Positions 1-13,437 are shown, counted from the stretch's first letter. The stretch: DNA of 64,000 bases from the human T2T-CHM13v2.0 reference genome, Homo sapiens (GCF_009914755.1 NC_060938.1), one strand, 5' to 3'. Made by a program: numbers and translations. The notes: a model not told the origin generated them from the sequence alone.

Positions 1-189
1 TATCCAGCTTGACATTCATTGTCTTGACTAGAATACGTAGCCCATTTATATTTTAGCATTTTCTTCATCCTGCCTCTTGCTATCTTCTGAAAACAATCTT
101 AAATGCTGCTTTTTGTGAACTCTTTCCCAATACATCTGTGACTTTCCACCTCAAAAATCAAATATAGGCTTTCTTTCCTTTAAACTTCA

Positions 190-507
<318 letters not shown>

Positions 508-742
508 TTATTTGTATCTCTCCTATTACAATGATCAGGTTCTGCTAGTTATTAAAATGACTTGTGAATGTGTTTTATCCTCCTTATTTAGGATATAAAC
601 TCTCCAAAGAAAAGGACAGGGGCTTAGTCATCTTTCTATCCAAAAGAAGATTAAATATGGTAAGCTCATTTCTATCTCACAAATATTTACTCAGCACTGG
701 GTGGTGGGAACTGAGCTAGGCACTCAACAAAGGTTTATCTCA

Positions 743-1100
<358 letters not shown>

Positions 1101-2221
1101 TCAGGAGTTTCAGTTATGTTCGTCCATAAGGGCAACAGCTTGGGCATGAACCTTAGCATTCTATTCAAGTTACTATATGCATAGTTATTAGCGACAGTCT
1201 ACCAGTTACTAAACAGTATGATTATCCCTTTTGAGTTTCCTACCAACCTACTACTTCATTTCTAAGTTTCAATTTAAAATTTTATTCAGAGATCCTTGGA
1301 GATGATTGCCATTATCATTCTAGAGTGAAATCAGTTGTTCAAAGTTAATTGAGATCTCTATACGTACAGAATTGACACATTTAAAAAATAGATATTTTTT
1401 AAAGGTATACAGCCAATGTTAGTCAATGTTTCTATGCTGTCTGCTCTGGGAACTCTAGCTGCAGAGACCAAGAGCGACCATAGCCATCTTTTAGAAGAGG
1501 AAGGCTAATGAATTAAGAAAAAATGTACACAGAAAGTCAGGTAGACATTAACCAGAAAGAATTTAGTATCACTGGGTTACCCCTCATTCAGTTGTCTGAT
1601 ATATAAATTCTAAGTTTAAATTAAATGAAAGGCTTACATATCTATCTAATCCATGATGCATGTGGAAATTTTCTATAATACTCTATGGCAAATTTGAACA
1701 TTTTTTGAGAAAAAAATTAAGTATGTAATGTTGAGTCGTTATAACTTTGTTCTAAAAATAAATGCGAAAAAGTGAAACATAAACAATTATAAAGACTTAG
1801 AAGAACAGAAAAAAATTATTTGTTTACCTCCATTTTGTTACTTCAGTTTGTGCTAATAAAAATTTAAAAACAGCTGAATTGTGGCTACCTATTATGAAAT
1901 ATTCATTAGGCAAAACAAAACAGAACAAAAACCTAACTACAGGTTTGAAAAATGATACCATGGGCCCAATAGAATGGTTTATAACATAAAGTTAAATTCT
2001 AAGCTAAAAATTTTTAAACAGCTTTTTGTCCCCTCTATATGCAGTATGTTATGCAATAACCTGAAACTATCTTTCTGGGCTTCTGTTTATTCTTATGAAA
2101 AAAATATATTTCCAGTTTGGAAAAAGATATGAAATGGAAGTATTTTAAGATATTCAATCTTAAGCCATAAAGTTGTAAGATGTTCGTCACTAATATTTTA
2201 GTAACATAAATATCTTTCTAC

Positions 2222-2304
2222 CTTGGCAACTGAAATTCCATAGTCCTGCAGAGGTCTAACAGCCTCATTCAGTTCTTCAAGAAATACAGATGTTCTTGGG
2301 GAAT
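2222..2304 (-). CDS. TXNDC16: TXNDC16 second coding exon (83 nt; (D)[27 protein letters not shown])
   Basis: ttttag acceptor and AAG|GTAGAA donor; 160+83=243 nt keeps the frame with the preceding exon; peptide recognised as TXNDC16/ERp90. Confidence 0.9.
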
Positions 2305-2929
2305 CTAAAACAACAAATGTTTCATGAATGTTTATGAATTGCCCCTTAAAAATGAATTTTAAAATCTGCAAACACAGAATAGATTCATTTGTCCAACTAG
2401 CATGCAACAACAAATAACTAAACATATCTCATTACATATTTTCACACCCTTATTTTACTATTGCCTCATTATTCTTATTTCTGTTTTTATCATGATGTAC
2501 TTTAACTTTGTAAATGGACCTTAAAAACTTCCTAAAACAACAATATAATAAATGTTTCGTTTAAACCTAACATTTGGCATTCTTCCTCCAAGTTTAATAC
2601 CATATACACAACACACATGTACACATACAAAAACTTTCAAAATGATTTTAAAATATCATTTTCTAATCACAATTATAATAAGGGAGCCAACAGAAATGTG
2701 TATACTCACTTCACTTATTAATTCCAAGAATAGTACTTTTAAGACATGAAGACTTGAATTTGACTATTAAAAAAATTATTAGTTATGCTCAATAGTTATA
2801 TTAGTTAATTCAGTATAATTAACAATACAGCTAAAGCAGGGTATTAATCTAAAGCATTACATTTAAAGTTGTAAAAAACTTAAAATAGTTACACGCTAAA
2901 AACATGAGAAAGTATTCTTTCAGATGTTA

Positions 2930-3130
2930 TGTTAGTAGCTAACTCTTATCTAGTATTTACTATGAACTCAGCATATAAGTAAAATCATTTAATCCTCACA
3001 ACAAACTTATAAAGTACTATTTCTTCTGAACAGATGATGAAAGAAAAACACAGAAAAGCTAAGTGACTTAACCAAGGTCACACCACAGGACAAGCGGCAC
3101 GGGCCGGATTCAAACCCAGTCAGACATATT
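2930..3130 (-). mobile_element. MIR SINE remnant
   Basis: MIR core-like motifs ('atttaatcctcacaacaa', 'aagtgacttaaccaaggtcacac', 'ggattcaaacccag'). Confidence 0.7.
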
Positions 3131-3248
3131 ATAGTAACAGCTATATAGCACATATTATTAATCTTAACAGAAATTTCCCACTGAACTTACTGATTAAATA
3201 GCAATAAAAACATCACAAGAATCATATTAGAATTTTAAAAATACTTAC

Positions 3249-3408
3249 CAGCTTGACAAAAATAAGCTAAAGAGGCTTTTCCTGGTTGCAATGTACTAAA
3301 ATATTTCTGAGGACTCAGTTCTGGTAAAGAGTTTACTGTTGGCATGTAAAAAATGCACATTATGACAAAAGAGATCCCAACTCTAAAGACATTGAAGCCG
3401 GAAAACAT
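3249..3408 (-). CDS. TXNDC16: TXNDC16 first coding exon, CDS part ([53 protein letters not shown]); exon extends 5' to about 3481
   Basis: ATG at 3408-3406; signal-peptide-like N-terminus; CTG|GTAAGT donor at 3248; acceptor ccttctctgtgccag at 3482-3483. Confidence 0.92.
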
Positions 3409-3480
3409 TATCAGCTGCAGTTGTATCTGAGCGGATTTTGTCTGTTTTTTCACTGCTGTGTTCTGTTTCCTAAGACAACA

Positions 3481-3545
3481 CCTGGCACAGAGAAGGTATT
3501 CAACAAGAGTTTGTTGAATGAATTTGTTAAATGAATGAATGAAGT
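3481..3545 (+). mobile_element. L2 LINE 3' terminal remnant
   Basis: cctggcacag...tcaacaagagtttgttgaatgaat...gaatgaatgaa resembles the L2 3' end with its (GAAT)n tail. Confidence 0.7.
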
Positions 3546-4114
3546 AAAATCTACAAAAAGAAAGTCATTAGTCACATCATTTGATTTTGCTAGTACTTTA
3601 CTATATCATAAAAATTTGAGGGGGGACAATATATAACAACATTGACTTGAAAATACTATTGATTTTTCATACTTGCAAAAGATATCAAAACTACCTAGAA
3701 AATGCTCAATTTAGTAGAGTGTGTTAAGCTAATTGTCATTTTAAAGGGTTCTAAAATTAATTCTCAAACATTAACCAATCCATTTTTTAATTGGGCATTT
3801 TGTTTTTCTTTACCTATAGTTGATTATAAGAAATAATCGAATAATTATTTAATACCATTTAGATGGGAGTGAAACAGCCAAAATATGCCTAATATGTTTA
3901 CTTTTACTTTAAATCCCCTAGAAGAAATCTATTAAAACAATGGAAGAACATTCCTTCTAAATATACATAATTTGTAATGCCTAACCCTTAGATTTCTCTA
4001 TACTGCTTAAAAATTTAAATATCTTTTTCAACTCATACTTTAATTCAATTCTATGTTCTGAAATCAAATTTGTTCTAGATATCCTCCTCTTATCTTCTTT
4101 CTTGGCGTACTTAC

Positions 4115-4222
4115 TTCCATGCTGTCCTCTGTATCTGCTGTTAATTCTTTATTTTCTATTTTGCTACTTTCAAATTTTTCTTGAACAACTTCAAGAAGTT
4201 TTCTACTGATGATCTATGTTAT
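4115..4222 (-). other. TXNDC16: Probable TXNDC16 5'UTR exon 2 (108 nt)
   Basis: ttcttcttttaaatgtag acceptor and GAA|GTAAGT donor; purine-rich body; lies between the promoter and the first coding exon. Confidence 0.7.
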
Positions 4223-5854
4223 CTACATTTAAAAGAAGAAAGTTTAGAAAAATTAGTATAATATAAAAACAGTCATAGCTGTAGGTGAAAATTTTGTTTC
4301 AGTATTTTTAAAATTTCAAACAGGACCCATCTCTTTCAAATGCAAGCTCACTATCTCAAAATAGGCAATAGGAAAAAACAGCAATAGATTATTTCTATAT
4401 ACTCATAAGGATAAAAGTAGAATTTTTCAGCAAAGAATAAAATAATAAAGAATTTGAAATGTATGAAAAATCATATTAAATTGAGTATTTACTCTGCTCA
4501 TTCAATATTATCAATAAGCACATAATATCTCTCTCTAACAAGCCGGTGTTCCTGAAAAAAAAAATGAAGTAATTACTCATTGGTTATTTCCTAATAATTC
4601 TGTTCTTCAGAGGCAGTATATATCAAACAGTGAAAAAATTTGCCATCAATTTTTAATAATGAGTCAAGAGTTCAAAAACTCAAAGTAAAATGAGAAGCAA
4701 GAACTATAAGAGGTATATAAAAATGCAATTTTAATGGCATAATTAAGGGGTATCATTGACATTAAAATTGATTATACATTATAACCATTTTAAACCAGCC
4801 TATTTTAAAGCTACTTTATATTAATAGGGATGTTTTAAAATAGGTCATCCACTATTTTCTTCATATTCTGGAGAAAATGCATGCATTTCTGAGGCTAAGA
4901 GAATAACTATGTAACATTCATTACTATATATGAAATAACTATAACCTAATTAAACTGTACAACATGAAAAGCACAGGTGAAAGATTCCAGTATAGAATAT
5001 CATCTTTCCTGGCCTCCAGGTTATAATTTAACCATTTTAACACTAAATTGGACATCAGTGTTAACATATTATTACTCTTTTCACCTAGAATGTATTTTGT
5101 AGCACCAAAGGTCTAACCATACAGCCAATGCTTAAATACTTTCCCATATTTCCTATCTCGTTGGCCAAACAAGATTATATATGTGAAAGCACTGTGCTTT
5201 TAATCGGTTAGAGACATTGGTGATTGTTCTTACATGTTTAGAGTTAGGAACTCAGTAATAATCTCTGTAGTTTGTTCCATCTATGGTAAGATTTGATTAT
5301 TTTAAAAATTACTTAAAGCAAAGAATACCGCACGGGTCAGCTAGAAGTAGAATTTATGTCTTCATAATGAAATAAATACTGAATAATGATTTAACCAAAA
5401 CCATAACAACTGTTGAGAGAAAGGGAAGATAGAAAATAAGGAAACATGCAGCTAGGGTGGGAAAATAAATGAAAGAGAACTAAATTTTCAACTTTCGCAA
5501 AACCAAAAACCAAGTTTATTGAAAATAGGACGGTCAATGCCAAAACAAACAGTGAGCAGTTGAAAGTAATTGGCTCTAAGGAAGAAGAAAGAGGGGAAAG
5601 GGAGTAGGGGAAGGATATGTACCTTGTAGGACCATGGAAGAGTGGACATTTCACATGCATGGAAAATAAAATGCATTTGCTCAGAGACATGCTGTCCTCA
5701 TAAAAAGATCTTAACTAAAGGCAAGGGAATGTGGGTGGGGAAAAAGAATATCAGCAAGAGCAGAGTGAAAACAAAGATACAAAAGGTACTTGGTGACTTT
5801 TTTTTTTCTTTTTTTACCTCCAGTAATTAGAAAAGGGAATGAAAAACAATACTT

Positions 5855-6160
5855 GGCCAGCCACGGTGGCTCACGCTTACAATTCCAGCCCTCTGGGAGG
5901 CAGAGGCAGGAAGATCACTTGAGCCTAGGAGTTCAAGAGCAGCCTAGACAACACAGAGACCCTGTCTCTATAAAAAGTAAGAAAAAAAATTGCCATGCAT
6001 GGTGGCACACACCTGTAGTCTCAGCTACCAGGGAAGCTAAGTCGGGAGGATCGTGATTGAGGCTGCAGTGAGCCATGATCATGCCACTGCACTCCAGCCT
6101 GGGTGAAAGAGGAAGACCCTGTCTAAAAACAAAACAAACAAACAAACGAACAAACAAAAA
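5855..6160 (+). mobile_element. Alu (AluJ-like) with (CAAA)n tail
   Basis: Diverged dimeric Alu. Confidence 0.9.
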
Positions 6161-8021
6161 CTTAATACTACAAAAATCTAGATATCAGAACCAAGTGATG
6201 AGTACCTTCAGAGAAATGCGGCCTTGTTACCTCGGTGTGATAGTTCATTACTATAGTTCTAGTTCTCCTTGCAGTTACTAATTACACTTAAGCTCCCTCC
6301 ATCCTCCACCTCTGGGGGAGTTAGTTACGACCACCAGATGACTTACTGTGGCCAATAAAATGTGAGCAAAAGTGGCATCTGTCTCTTTCAGGCAACAGTT
6401 TCGGCAGTTAGTGTTAATAAAGCCAGGCTTTACAGTCTTCTGCTGCAGTCAAGAGAAATGCCCAAATGCTGTCTATTCTGTGAGCATGAGCATAACAGAG
6501 AACTCCCAGCTAATGTGTAATAAGCATGTGACATAGGAAGAAATAAACCTTGTTGTTTTAAGTCACTGAGATGGCAGGGGTTATTATAGCAGCATAAACT
6601 ATTTTCTCTTAAGCTGCATATAAACTAGAAGTGAGATGCCACCTTAACGAAAACTCCAAAACACTGGCTGGGGCCAAGCAGCATAGAAACTGTTCTGGGC
6701 CTGCTCAAGGAAACATTTATCAGAGACTGGAGCTAAGCAAGTGACCCACATTAATAAGTTTGATAAAACTGTCACTACAATAATTTGGAGGTGACATGTA
6801 CCTGATTAACTTATAATGAATGTGTACCTATGTTCCCGTGGCTAATGAACTTATTTATAGCTCTAAAAGAAGAGGCTGGAAGATAGATTAGTACTGTGTG
6901 ATGGTTGCTGTTGGTGGTGTTTAACAAGGTATTAAAAGAAAAATACCCAGAGAAGAACTGCCATCCAAAAGACTAGATGTTCAAAACTTAAAACAATCCT
7001 TAGGCCCCCACCCGTGCATGGTCACAAAGCAAACTGACAAAACTGCTCAGCCACAGAAAGAGGTCAGAGGCCATATGCTCCAAAGCCAATTTCAGATGTG
7101 GCCAAGAGTAACAAAAATGGAAGAACCTCACACAGGGCAAAGCCAAGGACCACGGAGAACTATGCTGTAGGGCATGTGCAGAGTAAAAAGTATTTGTTAC
7201 TTGTCTAAAATAATGACATAAATACAGAAATGGAATGTAAATGTTTAGAACATTTTATAGCAATTTCACACAGTAATTTTATATTTGTTGAATCTAATAA
7301 TAATTTTAAAATTGGGCTTGTAAATTGATGTTCTTTATTTCACTTTTCCTGTAATTCATTTCTATTGTGTTAGGAGTGTTGTTGTTGTTTCAACTGGCCT
7401 AGAGAACTCAGGGAACAGAACTAGAGCCCTAGCAACAACTGCCTAGAGAGATTTCAACCGTAGATTGCTACAATCTAGAGTCTGGTGTGTGTTTTCCATT
7501 CTTCCTCTCTCCAAACAGGAATACTTACAGTTATCTCTCCCAGCACTGCCTTATGTGTTCAACAGGGGGTGGCAGACAGATAACTTCTATCTAGACCAGT
7601 AAAGAGATGACCACTGCTGGGCATTACTCAGAGATCCTCAACTTTAGGCTTCACATAGTGAAGATGGTAATTTTGAATTACCTCCACCAGGAAAAGCCAA
7701 GGAAGAACTACATATACAAAGGAAAGCATTTGTTGACGAGAGACTGTTCAAATGTTTCTAGTTCTCTGCACGTTAAAATTATACATCTCACTTCCTTGAG
7801 TTAGGTATGGCCATGACTTGGCCAATGAAATGTGCAAGGTGACATGTACTTCTGGAAGCTTTTAAGAGTCAGTATACATGTGCAATGAACCACAACACAC
7901 TTTCCCTCTGCCATGATGACTGATTACACTCAAAATTAGGCCTTGTCTGTCAGCCCAAGTCCCAGAAAGAGAACACCATAGGGGAAAGCTCCCAACTGAT
8001 CCAGTGTAAACTAAACTATTA

Positions 8022-8444
8022 TGTGACGGTTACTATGGGACTGAACGAAGGCAGAACGAATGTAGAAATGAAAACAAAGACAAAATAATCTGTTTTAAAG
8101 AAGGGGTCGGGGGCTCCTTGCTTCTAGTGAGCAAGGGCCTTGAGCTTCCACAACCCTTCATATTTATTGGGTAGCAAGAGCAGGGAGGAGCAGGTAATGG
8201 TTGGTCAGCTGCTTGATTTATCACAGGTTCACATGATTGCTAACAGGCTTCAGATGTTCCTGTAGATAATCACAAGAAACACTGCGCCTGGGGTGTGACT
8301 GGCCTTAGCATTCCTTCTGGGAGGCAGACGCAGTTTGTCAATTCGCCAACAACCTGCCTTCATGAGAACAGTTTGCTGTTTGCTCATATAGCCTCCAGTG
8401 GTATACCGAGTTGGTCACAACCCTCATTCTTTCTGCCTCCAACA
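8022..8444 (-). mobile_element. Solo LTR, LTR3 / HERV-K(HML-6)-type
   Basis: TG...CA termini; 6-bp TSD CTATTA at 8016-8021 and 8445-8450; minus strand starts TGTTGGAGGCAGAAAGAATGAGGG as in LTR3; AATAAA at 8168-8163. Confidence 0.85.
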
Positions 8445-8450
8445 CTATTA

Positions 8451-8750
8451 GGCCAGGCACGGTGGCTCACACCTGTAATCCCAGCACTTTGGGAGGCCGA
8501 GACGGGTGGATCACCTGAGGTCAGGAGTTCGAGACCAGCCTGGCCAACATGATGAAACCTGTCTCTACCAAAAATACAAAAAATTAGCTGGGCATAGTGG
8601 CAGGTACCTGTAATCCCAGCTACTCAGGAGGCTGAGGCAGGAGAATCACTTTAACCCAAGAGGCAGAGGTTGCAGTGAGCCGAGATCACACCATTGCACT
8701 CCAGCCTGGGCAACAAGAGCAAAACTCCGTCTCAGAAAAAAATAAAATAA
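8451..8750 (+). mobile_element. Alu (AluSq/Sx-like)
   Basis: Full dimer with A-rich tail. Confidence 0.95.
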
Positions 8751-9480
8751 ACCATTATTTTAAACTTCTAATGTTTCCGGGTTGTTTCCACAGTATAACC
8801 CAGTCTAGCACTATTAGTACACCTGGTCTTAGTAACGGGTAAAGGGATTATGACTTGAACATAAGATGACTCTTTAAAATGCAATTGACTATTACCACAA
8901 AAGATGCCAATACTAAAAGACGGGAAAAGTAATAGGTAAATGTTTTCCATAGCATGTTTGCCAATACTACAGATACACCTCCCAACTACATGTAGACTTT
9001 GATCCTTTGGGCTGCGAGAGGCCCTCAATTCTTCAGTATAATGGTCCTGCTGGCATGGATCAGAGTTGGCATATAAGATGTAACTTTTGTCTCATCCCTA
9101 AACTCTGAAGAAGTGTGTTTGCACAGCTCATTTAAATAATAGAAAGAATGAGTGACATGTAACTAAAGACTAATACAAGAGGGTAACAGCACTGTAAGAA
9201 TGGCTCCGTGAGACAATAGTAGAAAAAGGGCTAAAGCGTGCACATAAAATGTTAAAGGCGACAAAAGTGTGTTTTGTTCAGCAACTGAATATTAAGCTCC
9301 AAAAGACATCAAGGAGGAAGTACTTCAAGAGAAAACGCTAGTCTTCTTGTAAGGAGACAGTATGAGGATTTGCCTTTGTGTTCCTTAGGCAGGTAGAACA
9401 GCTGGTAGCCCTCGTTAGCTCCACTAATCCCATTTTGGTATAGGGTACTGTATGCAATAGTAATTGACAAACAGTTCTGA

Positions 9481-9787
<307 letters not shown>

Positions 9788-11126
9788 CAAACAGTTCTGC
9801 TTTTAAATGTTTGAAAGACTACTGTGCTAGGGTCATCTGTCCTCTCAGAACAACAATATTAAATCTTTATGCATTTGGACACATTTAAATTTTAGAATAG
9901 CTGACACCAAGCTTTTCTAGGAAACCCTTGGTTAGTTCCCCCTTTATAGGCCTAATATTCCCTTATGATTAACCATAAAATTAATGGCTTTTCCTCTCAG
10001 AAAAGAAGGAAATTAACAACTGTAACTATTAAATAAATTGTAGCAACATCTGTGGCCATCATACTCAGGAAAAAGACACACTTCATATTTTGCAACAAAT
10101 GGAGTATATAACGCTTACAAAGTTCCCATAAGAACATTCTGTCTGAAGTCAGCTTACTTACAGTTTAATGCTGCTACTGGAGAACAGAACCTGCTCACTG
10201 AACCAGCCTCAAATAAAATGTTGATCAGATCTCAACACAGTTTATCATTTCAGACCCAAGGAGGCAATAAAAGGAGTCAACATCTCTCCCCTTTAGAGCC
10301 TTTTCAAAGCAGTTGGGAGGAAAATCCTCTACCTGCACCCTCACCGCCCACCTCTAAACACACACTCCCATCCCCCAAAAAAGAGAAAGGAGGCAGCTAT
10401 CCAGACTTGCTCTTACTGACACATGGCAGGTGGCAGGTAAGCCTCACAGGCCAAGACCTAAAATTAGTATGGGTACTATCCAGATGTTTACTATCACTTT
10501 GAGCAGAGAATAGAGGAGAAAAAGAAAAACCTTTTAAAGTCTATTGATGACTTGAAATGTGCACCTCAATGATTATGGAAGATGCAAATAGGCCATGGCA
10601 GAGAATATGTGGCGCCCTTGATTTTGACAAGTGCCTAAAATCACACAACTCTGATTTTATGCTCAATTTAAATACTTAAGCACATTACTGCAATCAATTA
10701 CATCACTGCTGTCATGAGCATCCTGTCTCCTATTTGAAGAGAATTGTGTACCGCCCTGACCACATTCTCTAAAAATACATGAGATGAACTTCTTAGGTTC
10801 CAATAAACATAAAATCCTTCTCCAAAGCATAGATGTTGGATTAGGCCTGTTAACTTCTTAGAGCAAGCCGTACCCTCTCATACACTGCACTCTCTACCTG
10901 CTCAGCTGAACGTTTCATCTGAGGGATGTCTAGGTAACAGTGCTAGGCCTGTACATCTACCACAGTTTGTCAGCATACCTATAAAGAACTCAAACCACAC
11001 TAGCATCTGGTACCTGGACAAACGACTGTCCCAGAATCTACAAAATAGACTTTAAAGTTCCCTGTGGAATACTTAGCTAGGAAAAAAGACAGCAACACTC
11101 TTCTTGGGCAAAGCATATGACAAAGG

Positions 11127-11343
11127 CCAGCCTGGACAATATAGTGAAACCTCGTCTCTACCAAAAAAAAAAAAAAAATCAGCCGGACATGGTGGCTCCA
11201 GTGCCTGTAGTCCCAGCTACTTGGGAGGCTGAGGTGGGAGGACTGCTTGTGCCCAGGAGGTGGAGGTTTGTAGTGAACTGTCACTACAGCCTGGGCGACA
11301 GAGCGAGACCCTGCATGAAAAAAAGGAAAAAAAAAAAAAAAAA
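11127..11343 (+). mobile_element. 5'-truncated Alu (AluJ-like)
   Basis: 17-bp TSD AAAGCATA(T/G)GACAAAGG at 11110-11126 and 11341-11357. Confidence 0.9.
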
Positions 11344-12161
11344 GCATAGGACAAAGGATGGTGAGGTAAGAAAAGCTGGGTCTTTGTTGCTCCAATAAAC
11401 GTAGCAATGTCTTTCACAAGGATACTGAATTCGTAATGTGCTGTGTATTCTAAAGAAAACAAATTATTTCCTTTTAATTTTGCACTACTTGCTAATCTTA
11501 TTTCCAAATAGGAAAAAAAAAAGTCAACAACTATGTGCCGGCCCAATATACGTTAGTCGATCTGATTATTCCTCGGTTCTTCACAGCAGTAACATAGCAT
11601 GTATTTTCTCTCTCAGGCCCAGGAATAGCGCCACCATCTACCATACATACACAGGTCCAAGGCTTCGATACATGTGGAATTTAAACAGTACAGAATATTC
11701 TACTTCCTCTCCAGGCAATCATCATACTTACAAGTCTGTTTCTGCCTTTTTCCCAAAACTTAAGCCCAGAGCATCTTCCCAAATTCTACGTTTGAAAGAA
11801 CCAGCTCACAGATCGCTTCAACATCCATCTGATACTACTACTACTCTTCCTTAAGAGACATTTCCCTTGGCCTTGGGAGGAAAGGGTCTTTCACTTAAGA
11901 GCTCCGATTCTCCCCGTCGCCCCTTTCCATCCCCTCGACCCACAAAGGGCTCCGGTGTTTCCCGCCGTTCATGCAGCGAAAAGAGAAAGCAAAATGCCCT
12001 CAGGAGGCTCCAGGTGAGGCCCTTCGGTGCCCCAGAGACGGGTGTCTTAAGTCAGACTCCGGAGCTGTGCAGTGCAGCCCTGGCTACAGAAAGCTGCTTC
12101 GTCTGAATCCCCGGGTCTGCAGGCAGAGCCCACAGCCTGAAGGGCCAGCGCTGTCACCTAC

Positions 12162-12400
12162 CTGCCCGGGACCTGCGGGCGGGGACCTGGGCCGTTCCCG
12201 AGGCCGCGCGGCCAACAGTTCCCGCCGCCACGCGACGGAGGAGGAGGCAGAAGACGGGGCCGTGCCAGACTAGCCGGGTAGCCTGGAACCACTTCGCCAA
12301 CCTGCAAAGGCGTAGCACTTCTCCCTCCCAGCCTGCAGCCGCCACCGACTCGGCGGAGTCGGCCTCCTGGGAAAAAACAACCTGCGAAGCTCCTCCTTCT
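12162..12400 (-). other. TXNDC16: Probable TXNDC16 non-coding exon 1 (TSS approximate)
   Basis: CAG|GTAGGT donor on the minus strand at 12161, at the edge of the CpG island. Confidence 0.65.
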
Positions 12401-12993
12401 CCTCGTGCTCCCTACGCGAGGCACTCTCTAACCAATGGGAAACGTGGTGGGCGGAGCGAGAGTGACAGACGATTACAGAGTCCTCCCGCCGGCGCGAACG
12501 GGCGGTGCAGTAGCAGGGCCAATCAGCAGCGTGGGTGGGAAGTACAGGGGCGGGAGAAAGTAGGGAAATTACGCGCCCAATCAGATCTCGGGGCCCTCGA
12601 GCGACGGGTCCTGCGGCCCGTGGCCTTCCGAGCGCGGCGCTCAGGGGGCGTGCCTGCCTGGGCCAATCGGCGCGAGCCCACAGTGCGGAGCGAGCGCCTC
12701 AAATGCTCGGGTTTCTCAGCTGATTGTCTCCAGCCGAGAGTTGTTTTTTGCAGCTACGGAGCCGAGCCGCAGCAGGAGGAGCCGAGACCCCCGGGGGGTG
12801 GGGGGAAAGAGGAGGCGGGGTCCGGGGGAGCCGCGGCTGCTTTGCGCTGGACTCCGGGTCCCGTCACGGCGCTTCCTGGGGTTAGAGGCTGGGGTGGGTG
12901 GGGGGTAAGGGGGCAGTCCTTCTCCCCTTCGACGGCGGCTCCGAGTCCAGCCCCTTCCTTCCCGCGCTCGCTCGCCCGGCCCCCAGCCCCCTC

Positions 12994-13437
12994 ATGAGGG
13001 TGTCCGTGCCGGGTCCGGCGGCCGCTGCCGCCCCCGCAGCCGGCCGCGAGCCCTCCACGCCCGGCGGGGGCGGCGGAGGCGGAGGCGCCGTCGCTGCAGC
13101 CTCAGGCGCCGCGGTGCCGGGCTCCGTGCAGTTGGCGCTGAGCGTCCTGCACGCCCTGCTCTACGCCGCGCTGTTCGCCTTTGCCTACCTGCAGCTGTGG
13201 CGGCTGCTCCTGTACCGCGAGCGGCGGCTGAGTTACCAGAGCCTCTGCCTCTTCCTCTGTCTCCTGTGGGCAGCGCTCAGGACCACCCTCTTCTCCGCCG
13301 CCTTCTCGCTCAGCGGCTCCCTGCCCTTGCTCCGGCCGCCCGCTCACCTGCACTTCTTCCCCCACTGGCTGCTCTACTGCTTCCCCTCCTGTCTCCAGTT
13401 CTCCACGCTCTGTCTCCTCAACCTCTACCTGGCGGAG
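12994..13437 (+). CDS. GPR137C: GPR137C exon 1 CDS (148 codons; Ala/Gly-rich N-terminus plus first TM helices of a lysosomal GPR137-family membrane protein)
   Basis: [11 protein letters not shown]...[25 protein letters not shown] (GPR137 family motif); GAG|GTAAGG donor, phase 0. Confidence 0.96.

Larger units (their letters stand above)
6230..8820 (+). mobile_element. MaLR MLT1-type LTR-int-LTR remnant; 3' LTR interrupted by LTR3 and Alu
   Basis: Two similar LTR cores ('ggccaataaaatgtgagc' near 6350 and 'ggccaatgaaatgtgc' near 7820); MLT-like 3' ends near 6600 and 8800. Confidence 0.55.

Noticed and set aside
12898-12993. 32-codon N-terminal extension of GPR137C in the ORF track
   Set aside because: Starts at GTG in a G-run; the recognised protein starts at ATG 12994
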